Part shown: positions 18,781-30,917 of the stretch, one piece after another | Numbering within the stretch: position 1 is the first letter of the stretch | Layout: each line of letters opens with the position of its first letter | Assembly: GCA_001643675.2 (NCBI GenBank) | Contig: LSRY02000044.1 | Location: 496,001 to 560,000 of the forward strand | Source of the DNA: Monocercomonoides exilis PA203 | Lineage: Eukaryota > Protista > Preaxostyla | Direction: 5' to 3' | DNA length: 64,000 nt | Program-made: the position numbers and the translations under genes | Notes under the pieces: generated by a model | Seen by the model: only the letters and a program-made list of their open reading frames with translations | Told to the model about the DNA's origin: nothing | The model's database searches: none

Positions 18781-21233
18781 TTGAAGTACAAATATCTTCG
18801 CTGATTGAAATTTTGATAAACTCCAGTTCTGAAGGAGATTGTTCAATATTTAAATACGTATTTGTTCTGGCTCTGCCAAAGCCTCCAACAAATGCAGTTT
18901 TGATGAGAAAACTCGATTTAGCTGTAGACCCTCAAATATCAAGTCTAGCCACTCAGATGGTGCTGCATTCCATGTCCACTCCTGGATGCGAATTTATATT
19001 AACAACATGCTTTATGCTTTTCAGTTTTCATCAAAAATGTGCATGTTAAATTGAGATTTTCTTTCTTTCTTTTTTTTTTCTTTTCTTTTTTTTTTTGTTA
19101 GAACTATGAAAAATATAAATACATTTTTGTTTGATTTTGTTTTCAAATCATGTAAACTTCCATATAAGCGTTCTAAGAGCGTTTGCAAACGTGTTGACAT
19201 TCATTCGCATCTTTTCAAAAACAAAGCAAAACACAAGTTTCGTTTTATTTTTGATTTTTCTGTGAACACCTTGCAAAAGAAAGTGAAAAATAAGTAATGA
19301 AACAAACAAAATGAACAAAAAACTGAACTGAACATAAAATGGATCATGGAATGAAAAGATAAACAAACAACACAAATGAGAAATAAAGAGCATTCATTGT
19401 ATGAAATCTTTCAAAAAAAATTACAAGACAGTTTTTCGTGAATTTTCAAAGATAATTCTATCTCATTATGCATTGCATCTTTCAAATTTCAGGTTGTTTT
19501 TACCTCTCCTCTTCCTCCTCCATCAACCGTTTCAAAAAGTTCCACACACGTATGTGTTTTCCACTTCTTCTACTATCTTCGCTTTTTTAAAAGATAACTT
19601 CCCCTCAATCTCTTTCATTGAACACATCAACTCCTATTGCCGATGCCACTTCTTGAGGTATATGACCATTCAGAATCTCCTTATCTTTTCTCGCAAGTTC
19701 AGAAAGTGCTAATCCTTTCCTCTACTTCTCTTCTCACCACAATTCATCCATTCCTCCTTTTCTCTTTTGACTTCACTCATTTCTTCAGCTCCTTTCAACT
19801 GTATCCCTTCTCTGAAACGAGCGGCTGGTTTCTCTTTCATCACAGACAAAGTATATCTCGATGTCGTTCCTTCAATCTCAATGTGTGTAAATTTGTCACT
19901 AACAAATACTCCTTTGAACCTTTCATTTTCCCACTGCGACATCTTTTCAGTATTATCTTTTTTTTCTTCCTCTTCACATTATTTTCCATCAAAACACGAA
20001 TGTTAATAATGGATAATACATTATTCTCCAATTTTCCACTGCACACCGATTCTTTATTGTTGCTTCTGTCTTCTGTATCCATTTTATTCCTCAGCAGCGA
20101 TGAGCATCCAATCATCTATTTGACAACTTATCTCCTTTACGAATTCATCTTGCATCTCTTGAAGCATATAATTAACCGCCAATTTCCTCTTTCTCCTCTT
20201 CTCCTTCGATTCTGCAGTCTTGTCTTGTCCATCTTTTCTTCTCATCCAGCTTCTTCATGACTTCGGCAAAACATCAATAACGCAGAATGCTCTCTTTCAC
20301 TTAGCTTCGCTTCCTTCCTTTGAAAAACAACATAACATCCATCGATCACATTATCAACGGTTCGGTGAGGAATGTGAAAAAATAAAGAATATATTCAAAT
20401 AATATAATAATTATTATCAACAATCAATTGAAATATGAAACACATTCACCTTTGAAAATCGTTGTTTTTTATATTGAACAAAATGCTTCAACAATAATTG
20501 TGTGTGTGTACGCAAGAATTTGTTCAGAATATTGAATCAGTTTAAAATCGAGAAATATTTCTTTAACCAGTGTAAATTTTCTCGAGCAAACAGTGACATA
20601 AACATTCTTTCTTCAACCATTTCATTGCTAATAATGTTTGTTCATCAGAAAGCTAAAAAATTGAATTTTTGAATTTTGCGATCACAACAAAAAAATTATG
20701 GGTATCTTGAAAAGAAATTAAATTTTAAATTTTTGTTGGAAAAATTACGACTTTTTCCATCAGCAGTTTGTTTTCATAAATAATTTGAATAAATGATATT
20801 TTAATTTTTTTTATCAATAACTCTTTTCCGAACTGGAACAAAATTGACCTGTACCAAACATTGATTAGATGAAAATGTCAACTTTAACAGACGAGTTGAT
20901 TCCCATTGATCTGGAAGAAACCAAGAAAAAGGGCAAGTTCTTTTATCTCCGCTTGTTCTTTCTTTTTCTTTTAACTCATATTCGTTTCTTTCAGAATCAT
21001 TGAGATTGATGGTTTTTCTTTTTTCTTTTTCATTTTCATTTTCTTCAAAAGTCGAATCATCGTCTATTTCTATTTCTTCTCTTTCTTCTAATAGCAATAA
21101 TGAATGTTATCGGTTTTTCTCTTGATCTGAATGCTAAGAAAATCGTTCGCAGTATGTGTCGTCTGATTCTGTTGAGTCTTCGAAAAATGATAAATAATGG
21201 AAATGAAAAAGTGAAAAAAATGTTCTATTCATG

Positions 21234-22369
21234 CTAAAAAGAACAATATGTGTGCAAAAACAAAAATAAACCAATTCTTTGTATTGGCTTTGAATATTCA
21301 AAAGTTGAAAACTCATTTGCAAAATTAAGGTTTTTTCTTTGCCTTTCTAAAAATTGCTCGTTTGCTTTCTTTTTCTCTTCACATTTTTGATAAAATTGAG
21401 TGTGAAGTTCAAAAATAATTAACTCATTCGCCTCACAGTCTGATTTCGTAAAAGGATTCTGTAAAATGTGAAAATTGGTTAGACAAACTGAAACAATTAA
21501 AAAGTTTTCAACTGTTTTAATATCCATCGGACATTTTTAACTGAATACTGTAAATAATGTTTTTAATCGTCCAAAAAACCTTTCCACAATAACTCTGAAC
21601 TTTGATAGAAATGGTGTTCCACGTGGTTTTGTAATTATTGCTCCCAGTTCCGCTTTTGCTCCCATATAGGCTGAGTCTGTTATGATTTTTGAACGTTGAA
21701 GAAGTTGAAAAAAGTTTGGAAAGTGATTTTTGAAAATTTCAGAGTCATGGATGCTTCCTGGGTAGAAATCGTGATTGTGCTAACTAATCCGTTCCTTGCA
21801 ATGACTCCAATTTCAACTTGAACACAGTAAGAATGATGTTATTTACTTAAAATTTTCATTCCATCTGCCAATTTTCCACTTGGCCTGTTTATAGGCACAA
21901 TTGTGCAATCCACAATTAAACCAACCTCCTGCAACATTTTTGTACTTTTTTTCGAAAAATCAAAAGTCAATTAACAAGTGTATCTTATATGTGTCCGACA
22001 GTGCTATGTAATAACTGAGTAACTGAGCTATGTGATTTATAAAATGGATGTCAGCAGTTCTGCCATTGACGTTGAGCCTTAATGAAGGAAGTTGAGTAAA
22101 ATAAAAAGCTGTTTTTCAATATTTTGTGTTGCCTTTAGCTTACCACGATGATGATGTAATTCGTTATCAAGAAGAAGAAGCAACAAATCAAATTCTGTTC
22201 TTGTGAAACCTGTCAAGCGGAAAAATCCGTGAATGGAATCTTCACTTTTTTGACTAGCTTTTTCTATTAAGGAATTTTTTTTCTTTTCCGGAGTTATTGG
22301 CGTATGCGACGGAAGCGTTATTCTTTTTTCTGCACGATCAAGAACCTCCAAAAAATTCAATCGTTCCAT
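21234..22369 (-). pseudogene. Second, less decayed DDE_Tnp_4 (PIF-Harbinger/ISL2EU-type) transposase
   Basis: FFRLTGFTRTEFDLL, EKQLFILLNFLH (HTH region), VGLIVDCTIVPINRP (D1), FYPGSIHDSEIF, IITDSAYMG (D2), RVIVERFFGRLK (E), VCLTNFHI. Broken by several stops and frameshifts. Confidence 0.85.
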
Positions 22370-23230
22370 GACAAATATATATTTTCAAAATTTCAATAGA
22401 TCTCACACCATTTTTTGTTCATTCAACTTTATGATCGATCAACCAGTATTTGAAGTTTTAAAATTGATTGAGTCATTTTGAAAAATTATTTGTAATATCG
22501 AAATTTTATAAAACTTATTTCAATTCAGTTCAGCTTTTTCCAATTGAAAAAATTTATTTAAAATAGGTCTAATTTTTCAAACAAAATCAAGAAATAGCTT
22601 CAATTTGGCTGAAGATGGGGGAAACAGCGCAATGGATAGAAATTGCAGCACAAGTGCAATACAGCTTATGAAAGGGAGAATATATGCTTATTGTCAGCGC
22701 TTTTGCGAGTTTTATTCATCTGAAAGGATTTGAAGCCTTGTGCCTCGCAAACCGAGCTGGAAGAATGAGTCTTTTTTTGATTCCTATATTTTGATGAGAT
22801 GATTGCACTGGGATGTTGGGCAGTGCTTTTGGTTGATATTGGCGTGTTTGGTCGTATTTTATGTTTTTACTCATCCCTGGCCCTTCTGAACAGAAGGAGC
22901 CTTTCCAAAAGGCGCACATGCAGCGGTGCAGAAAGAGCAGCTTTCTTCGTGTTTTTTGATGCGAACTCCTTCAGAAAAAAGGAAAAGAAAGAAAAGCATC
23001 TGCAGCGAGGCAGAAAATGCACAGCTGAGCATGTCAGGAAGCGTGTTTTTGTCGCTTTTCTTTTTTGTTCATATGTATTTTTGAAGCAGAAAAAACAAGC
23101 AAAAGAAAAAATACAAGCAATAATAAAGTTCTTTTTTTTTTTTCAACTTGGTGGATGGATGCCTTTGAGCAAGTCCCAGAAGAATCAGCGCACGATGACG
23201 CATCTGCTCCTCTCCCTCTCTCTCTCTTTC

Positions 23231-25665
23231 TCACTTCGTCCAGCAAATGGCTGGTGACACTTCAGAAAGGCCATGCTTCGGAAGGGGTGATTGCAAGAGC
23301 CAGAAAGCAAGCATCGCCACACGCTCTGGCATTCCCTCCTTCTGTGTGTGCATGTGTGTGCGTGCAACACCACGTTCATTCATCCTCAGTCTGGCCATCC
23401 GAAGTGGAAGGCACGCGCAGCAGCAGATGCCCTGCCCATCTGCCCCAGCTGGCTCTGCAGCTCCCGCACACGCCCCAGCACCGCTGCATTCTCCTCCCCC
23501 TCCTTCCCTCCTCTGCACGCCCCTGCCTGCAGCAGCCCCAGGATCTCCCGCTCCAGCTCCTCTGCCCGCGCCACATCTGCGTCTGCCCCGTCCAGCACCT
23601 TCACCATCCCTGCCATCCCCGCCTCTCCGCCTCCTCCCCGCCTCTCCCTGCCTCCGTCCCTCCCATGCTCCATGCGGCTTCCTCCCTCCCTCGCCACCGC
23701 CTCCCAAAGGCACCCCCTGCTGCCCGAAAGCGGCTGCCACGCCCCGCACTCCTCCGAATACACACACCGCAGCACCCTCCGCCAACCCTCCCCGCCACAC
23801 ACACCCTCGCACTCAGCCACAACCACTGGCACAACCCCTCCTCCTCCTTCCTTCCCTCCCACCCCCTTCTTCCTCTTTCTCACCACCTTCACATCCACAA
23901 GCCGATACCTCCCCTCCCTCTTCTCCCCTCCCTTCCCCAGCCCTTCCCTCCTCTCCCCCACACAGCACCTGCCCGCCCCAAACAGCCCCTGCCACTTCCC
24001 CCGAATCCGGCTCAGCACATCCGATGGCGGCTCAGAAGAAGGGGCAGATGCCAAGTCCTGCGCCTCTGCTTCCAGACCGAAGCACGGCCTCAGCGATGCC
24101 CGAAACACAAGCACTGCCGAGCCTTGTGCTGTCTCCTCCTTCTCCTTCTCCTCCTCCTCCTCCTTTTCCTCCGCATCCTCCTCTGCCAACCCTTTCCTTT
24201 CTCGCTCCACTGCCTTCGCTATCGCAGACCTCGCATCCACCGACCACACCCACACCTCCAGCGACGAGTCAACTCCAATCACCACACATCGCCTCCTTCT
24301 TCCTCCCTCTTCCTCCTCTTCCTCGTTTTCCTCCTCTTCCTCCGCTTCCATTGTCTGCACAGACACCCAGCACAGCCGGCCCATCACAAACGGAACACAA
24401 ACACGGCACCCGCTCCACGTCGACACCACGTGCACCACGCTCCTCCCCTCCCCCAGCTCCCCCTCCAGCTCCCCTCCCCCATCTCCCCCTCCAGACCACT
24501 CGCCCAAGCACTCCGCCTCCCACCCTTCCCTCCCGCTCTCCGCCTCCCACCCTCCCGGCGTCACCACACACGCCACCTCCGAGTTCGCTGCCACATAGAA
24601 TGGCGGCAGCACAGGAAGCACGCTCCCCTTCCTCCCCCAACTGCTAATCCCCCAACTGCCAATCCCCCAACTGCCAATCCTGCAACAGACACTTTTGCTC
24701 CCTTCTTTCCCCAAATCTGCCTCTGCCTCTGCCTCTGCCTCAGCCTCTGTTTCTTCTGGTGCTGATGGAGCATATGAAGAAGCCACCCCACACAGGCAGC
24801 TTGCCCATCCAGTGCCCCGCCACCCGCCATACCATTCCACCGGAACCCTCCAAAGACCCACCAGCGGAGCAGACACCACAGCACACGACAGCACACACAC
24901 AACCACCCCAGGCCCTCCCTCCCCGCCGCTTTCCTTCCCCAACCCCTTCGCTCCCTCCACTCCTCCCCTCCCTGCCCCGCCACAGTGCAGTCCCAATCGC
25001 AGCCGCAGCCCGATTCCTGTGGCCGGGAAGCGCCCCTTCACCACATCCTCCCACATCCCATTTCCACGCCCCTCCCTGCTCTCCCGCCTCCCTTCCTCCA
25101 TCCTCTCCTCGCTCTCCCCCTCTGCTCCCCCGCCCTTCTCCAGAAACCTGATCTGCGGATTCAGCCCCAGCACAGCCTTCGCCACATCCGCAAAGCTCCC
25201 ACACTCTCTCCCCACCTCCACCACCACCTCCCCCACACACACCTTCTCTGCTTCTGCCCCCAGCAAACCCTCTCCACCCCTTCCTTTCCCTTCATTCACT
25301 TCTGCATTGTCTGTCATTCCCTTTGTTGCTGTTGATGATATCTCCGAGTTCTCTGAAGATGAAGATGGTTCATCTGGCTGAGAAGCTCCTCTGCTGCCCT
25401 GTCCCTTCTGTCCCAACCCATCTCCCACTTCTTGCATCCCACCTGCTGGATGTGCCTGCGCAGATTGAGGAGCACACTCTGCCGTTGTCTGTGCTGATCT
25501 GTCGCTGTTTGCTCCATCTGTTTTTGTTTTGTCCTTGTCAACCTTTACTCCTTGTCCATCCCCACATCCCTCGCTCCTCCCCTGCTGGCCTTGGTGCGCC
25601 AGCCATGCTCCTTTCCCATATCCCAGCATCACACTTCCACCAAATGATACTTCTCTTGCTCCCAC
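23231..25665 (-). pseudogene. GC-rich ORF remnant, possibly the C-terminal Hira domain of histone chaperone HIRA; 5'-truncated and frameshifted near 23400
   Basis: 759-codon open frame with no in-frame ATG at its 5' end. Ordered motifs resemble the HIRA C-terminal domain: VAANSEVACV, VVHVVSTWSGCRVCVPFVMG, LEVWVWSV, CVYSEECGAWQPL, AEELEREILGLL, and in another frame EGMPERVAMLAFWLL. Similarity judged by eye. Confidence 0.4.
24633..24680. repeat. 15-bp tandem repeat x3 (cccccaactgc[t/c]aat), encoding GIGSW repeats on the minus strand
   Basis: Directly visible; translation RIGSWGIGSWGISSWG. Confidence 0.8.
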
Positions 25666-25755
25666 TTTTCAACAAAAACTTTCATTCGTTTCAAACCTGG
25701 TTGTTAGCTATTCAAATGAGAACTTGTTGAAAATGATAGCAAGATGCCACTTTAA

Positions 25756-26203
25756 GGGTACCCGATTTTTTCGTTAAATCCATGAATAAATAGCTTAAAA
25801 AATGCAATGAAGATATATTTATTATATATTAGGTTTATAATAGCCAATTGATCAAAACTGAAAATGATTGAAAGTTTTTTATTCAAATCGAAAGTTTTAC
25901 GAGAATTTTTTCAAACTTCATTAAAATACTTAAATTGAGTTATTATCAACCCTGACATCAAAAAATAGCCCTTAAAAACTAATTTTAGAACCTGAAAAAA
26001 TGTCTTTTTATTGTTATTTAATAAATTTTACAAAAAAAAAATTTCAAAATTTCAATTTGGGTACAATTGTTTTTGATAAAGAAAACCCTAAAAAAGTTCG
26101 ATGATTAATAAAACATATTGTCAACACCAAAGAGTGTTGATGAATGTTCACTCGAAAACATTAAGCCTTTTCATGAAGCTTATTTGAAATTTTTTAGGTA
26201 CAC
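25756..26203. mobile_element. Possible degenerate TTAA-flanked MITE (Kolobok-like), 448 bp
   Basis: TTAA at 25752-55 and 26204-07. Ends GGGTACCCGATTTTTTCG..CATGAA..GCTTAA versus reverse-complemented right end GTGTACCTAAAAAATTTC..CATGAA..GCTTAA; imperfect match. Confidence 0.45.
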
Positions 26204-26333
26204 TTAAAGTAACCTTTTGCCAAAATGATTTTGAAAAATCATCAATTTATTCCACATCAATCAATGAATAATGAGATTCTTTTCTTTCCATTTTTTTAAC
26301 TCCTCCATTTCTCTTCGTTTTTATCTCTCAATA

Positions 26334-26732
26334 CAGATATCGCATAAAATACCGGACATCGCACAAAATACCGGACAAGATCGATTTCACAATAACTGCA
26401 AGAGGAATAATTCTGTTAAATTTCCTCAAAATTCATCTCATTGATGCAAACTCATTTGATATTCAAAACTCTTAAAACAGCTTCATTTATGCTCAGAAAT
26501 AAATAATTATTAAAATTTCGGAGAAACTGGATTTTGAATTTCCCCCGAAATTTTGATATTGTTTTTTTTCTGAGCACAAATGAAGCTGTCCTGAAAGTCT
26601 TGTATGTCACGTGAGTTTGTATTGATGAGATATATTAAGAGGAAAATTGTCTGAATTATTCCTCTTGCAGTTATTGTGAAATCGATCTTGTCCGGTATTT
26701 TGTGTGATGTACGGTATTTTATGCGATATCTG
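26334..26732. mobile_element. 399-bp foldback MITE, Tc1/mariner-type, ~170-bp inverted arms
   Basis: TA|CAGATATCGCATAAAATACCG...CGGTATTTTATGCGATATCTG|TA. Outer ~80 bp nearly perfect inverted repeat, inner part more diverged. Tandem ATCGCA.AAAATACCGGACA units at each end. Confidence 0.9.
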
Positions 26733-26892
26733 TACTTCAACCCTCCAATCTTTGCATTTTTGTGTTGGATGCAACGAAAAAATTCGTATTATTAACATTT
26801 TTTTATTTGCTGGAAATTTTGAAGAGTTGCATTGAAGTCTTCCAAAATATGCATGATTGAAGCATTAATGATTCAAAGATGACATTTCCTTT

Positions 26893-26967
26893 TAGCCCTG
26901 GGTGACGTGGTGACTTCTGACGTGACATTTTCTATTTTTGACGGACGTGACAGTTTTTTCCACGTCA

Positions 26968-27028
<61 letters not shown>

Positions 27029-30000
27029 CAACATTATATTTAATATTTTTCTTGAAAAAACTGTATTTTTCAATTTTTGTGAGAAATTATTTTCTAATTC
27101 TTCTAATCAAAATAACCATAACACATTTTTGACTGACGTGATAGCGGCAATCGGAATTTTTACTCGTCACTGACGTCTCAAGGCGCTGACGTCAGGTGAA
27201 GTCAGATTATTTGAAAATGCAAAAGAACTTTCAAAACTTCAACATCGGATGAATGAAACTGGAATGTGATTCATAGCTTTTCAAAGTGACTTTTGCCCAT
27301 TATAAATCAATTGTGAAAAGTTGAATCTCTATTTTCTCGTAAACGTATCACTTTAAAACTCAAAAGATGAAGCATCGAATCAATAATGACTTTATTCATA
27401 TTATGTTCAATATGAAACTGAATTGGGAACAAGTTTTTCATTATTTTCAACATTTTTTTTGATTATTTCATTTTTCTATCTTATTCGATTTGAAGTGAGC
27501 AATTATCATTGAAAGAAAGTTTCACATCAAGCCATGTCTTTTTTATAACTATAGAATGAATCGTTTTCGACATCCAATTCTGCTTTTGATGAAAATCAAC
27601 AAACAAAAAGGAATGAAACCATCCATTCTATTCCCAATTGAAATAGAAATATTGGCATAAGATATATATGTGGAAAATGCACAGACTGAGTTGGAAGAAA
27701 TATGAACATTTTCCCCCAATGGAGTGGAATCCCTCGTGCAAAGTGTAGACAAGTTAAAATCCACATTATTTCTGCATGAGATGTTGATTTCTCATAATTG
27801 CTTGAACTGAAAAGTCTTGTAAAGGAATGCTTTGTGAATGATTATTTATTATATTTCAACTGTGATTGTGAATTAATTATCAGCGAATTAGATCAATATA
27901 TTTTCTTTTCTGCATTCTGAGCATCGGCTGATTGAAATGGAACTGCATCTTCTTTATCCCGTTGTAATTATTACTGCTTAATCCGGTTTTCTTCACTGTT
28001 TCGTTTCATCCTTTTGTTTTTTGAAAAAAAAAATATTAAAGAAAACCGAGAAAAATCCAGAAAAAACTGAGGAAAAGAACGGAGATTATGAAAGCGATGA
28101 AGATGAATAATAGAATAAGGAACTCAGAATTTGTTCCTCTCCAATAAAAAAGTGTGAAAGAAGTTTGAGGAGGAGTGAAGAAGAAGAAGAAAGGTCAAGT
28201 CATAAACGCAAGACATTTCTATTTTTTATTTATGATTTTTTGTTGAAGTTTCTCTTCATTATAAATAATAATAATAATAAATAAATATAATTGCTTTATC
28301 AAAGCCATAAGCAATTGTTTTCTATTTGTGAAATGAGAAAAATAGAAAATAATAGAATATTCTCGTTGGAAAATTCAAACATTTCATTTCCTCAAAATAT
28401 CACTAAAGAATAAAAAAAAACTCAACGATAAGTGCAGGAAATTCTTTGTGTTGTGAAAATCCAATATTTCAAGAAAAATTTTGGACATCTTCATTTCCTT
28501 TTCTTCTTTCTTTATAAAAATGATCATTTTTTTCCGGTTTCTTTTTCGCAGAATAAACAGTTCTTATGTTCTTTCAATCAACAAAAAACAGTGAAAATTC
28601 GAGAGTCATTATATCATTTTAAATGAGTTGATGAATCGTAAAAAAACAACATCAATCGCTCTGACTGATTGCAAATCTTCAGTTTTCGCTTCCCCCGTTG
28701 GAAGCTCCGTTTTTCATTATGCGAATACATCTTTTGCTCATTCTCCCGTTGTTTTCTGTTGCAGCTTTTAAACAGCTGAAGTATTTTCACTATGAGTCCA
28801 ATATATCCTTTATTTCTCAATTTGCACACAGTAAAGAACTTTAAAATTTCATCAAGTTATCTCCTAATTATTAAAACTTCTATTCTTCCTTTTTCTTCCT
28901 TTTTTCTCTTCCATTGAACACATTTTATCGACTCTTCCTGTTTTCTGGCTGCTTCTCTCCCTGGATGTTTCCGATAAACGATAGTTTCTTTCAACTTTTC
29001 TACGTTATTGCACCATTTTGTCAATAACTTCAAGGCAGACTGACAGGCAAGATGAGTAAAGTTGTACATCACTTGATATCTGATAATTCCTTTGATTTCA
29101 TGCAGATACAGTTTTTGTTCATTTTCCTTTCAAAAAAAAGAGATAAACAATCAATAATATCAAAAAGGAATTTGAAATACTCACATAGTTTCGTTATCAA
29201 TGCAACTTGAACACAATGAAACCATTTCCACTTCTTTTTAAGCTTCCTTGCAATCTTCTTTGATCAATGAGGCTTTCAGAATGCAAGTCACGATGATAAA
29301 TCGTAAATTTGTTGAACTGAAATCATCACAAAGCAAAACAAAGTATTCACAAAGATCAGCCAGTAGCCTTTTATCCTTTTCTTCTATCTTTTCATTTTCA
29401 TTCATTATCATCTTTATTGTTCTTCTGTTCAACTTAAACTCCAAAATGAATCATTAAAAGTTTCATTGCTTCCGCTGTTCAATCTGCTTCAACTGCAAAC
29501 ATGTATCATCAATTGATATTATCTTTTCTTTTATATTTTTTCGATTTGATAGATAAATACGATTCTGAAAAATAAATCAATTACAAACGTGCTTTTAATA
29601 AGTCATACAAATCGCTTCTTCATTTTTCTTTTCCCGCACATTCACAGTACTTTCTTCAAATTCATTTTTAATGTCTGAATTTCGAATTAAGTGACAATCC
29701 AATTCTTCAAGAATTCATATATTTCAACAATTGCACACCTGCATTTTTTTCAGATTCAAGCTTCTCCTGCACCACTTAATGATATGACACTTTGAAGCTA
29801 TGCCACTTTTTAATTTTAATTTCGATGAATACAAGATGGGAAATAAAATATTCGCACATAGCAAACACTTACTATAACTATCAAAATATCTTCATTGACA
29901 CAGATCATCAATTATTTGGGGTTAAAAACAATGCATTGATTGGAAAAATATTGTTTTGAAATCGATATGTCTTTTATAATGGTATTCATGATTTTTATTT

Positions 30001-30071
30001 CTGTTTTCATAGTTGAAAATATTTTATTTAAAATAAATACATAATGTATTCAATAAAATATTTCTTTTCAT

Positions 30072-30133
<62 letters not shown>

Positions 30134-30189
30134 AAGTGGAAAATTGGTGACGGACGTGACGAATTTTTTCTTCACGTCACCCAGGGCTA
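26893..30189. mobile_element. 3,297-bp non-autonomous hAT-like element carrying host-derived sequence
   Basis: Perfect 17-bp TIR TAGCCCTGGGTGACGTG (26893-26909 / 30173-30189) and perfect 8-bp direct repeat TTTCCTTT outside both ends (26885-26892, 30190-30197). Clustered TGACG/CGTCA subterminal motifs. A56 (26969-27024) and T60 (30073-30132) tracts. No transposase recognised. Confidence 0.85.
28620..29570 (-). pseudogene. Decayed member of a large lineage-specific helical protein family, inside the hAT-like element
   Basis: KMIMNENEKIEEKDKRLLADLCEYFVLL..VTCILKASLIKEDCKEA*KEVEM..NFTHLACQSA..REAARKQEESIKCVQWKRKKEEKG..CKLRNKGYIGLI resembles a highly expanded Monocercomonoides hypothetical-protein family as I recall it. 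Multiple stops and frameshifts. Confidence 0.65.
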
Positions 30190-30917
30190 TTTCCTTTCTG
30201 TTATCCGTGTATGATTGGTGCAAAATATCATTATTAATTGATAATTGAAATTTGTTCAAACCTTCAAAACTCAATGAATGGAAAATGTTCTTCTTTTCTT
30301 TTTCTCCTTGCATCAATCAACTGTTATAATGCTATTAACTCATTCAAAAAATGGTCCTTTTGTTGTTTATATAACAATACAATGCCAAAATAAAGATTGC
30401 CCTCATCGTAAATTTTATTATCTATTTTTTTCATAAAAAAATACTTATGTTTGAATTTTGCAGAAACTCATACTCTAATTTATTTAATCTTTTATACGCA
30501 TACATTCTTTTTTATTCTACCAGGAAACGAGTCTGACTTTTTTATTTCTTTGGTCCCTTTAAAAAAATAATAACTGTCATGGAGATATTCGGAATTATTG
30601 AATTTGCATTCTGATTTTGCCTTTCATGATTTTTATTTTATCTTGTTGACCGTGCAAATCCAGGTTTTAGCATTATAACAAGTTGAATGCATTTAAAGTC
30701 TTTCCCGGTGGCAAGAAAAGGAAAATAACTAATTTAAAGATAATGAGCTGCATCAAGCGATATTGCAAAAGACAGCAGGAAACGGCAAATGGAATAGAAT
30801 GTGTGATTTGGCCTCACCTTTTACAGTGGATTTTTAATCGAGCATTATCCATTTATCGCAGTCAAAAGAAAAAGATCGAGCTCCCTTTCTTCAAGAATAG
30901 AAACGCAAATTCAAAGA

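Noticed and set aside
19480-20330. Purine-rich minus-strand coding-like relic with QIDDWMLI, resembling an RT YxDD motif
   Set aside because: Too many stops and no other RT motif recognisable; cannot support a retroelement call
22615-22630. ATGGGGGAAAC resembling the ISL2EU-like terminus
   Set aside because: Similarity is limited to ~10 bp, and the position and orientation do not pair with either transposase
23065-25381. Long Pro-rich plus-strand ORFs (566, 466, 435, 228 aa)
   Set aside because: Expected stop-codon scarcity in C-rich sequence; the minus frame has the more protein-like motifs
26873-27173. Poly-Lys/poly-Phe ORFs (also 30068-30316)
   Set aside because: Translations of the A56/T60 homopolymers
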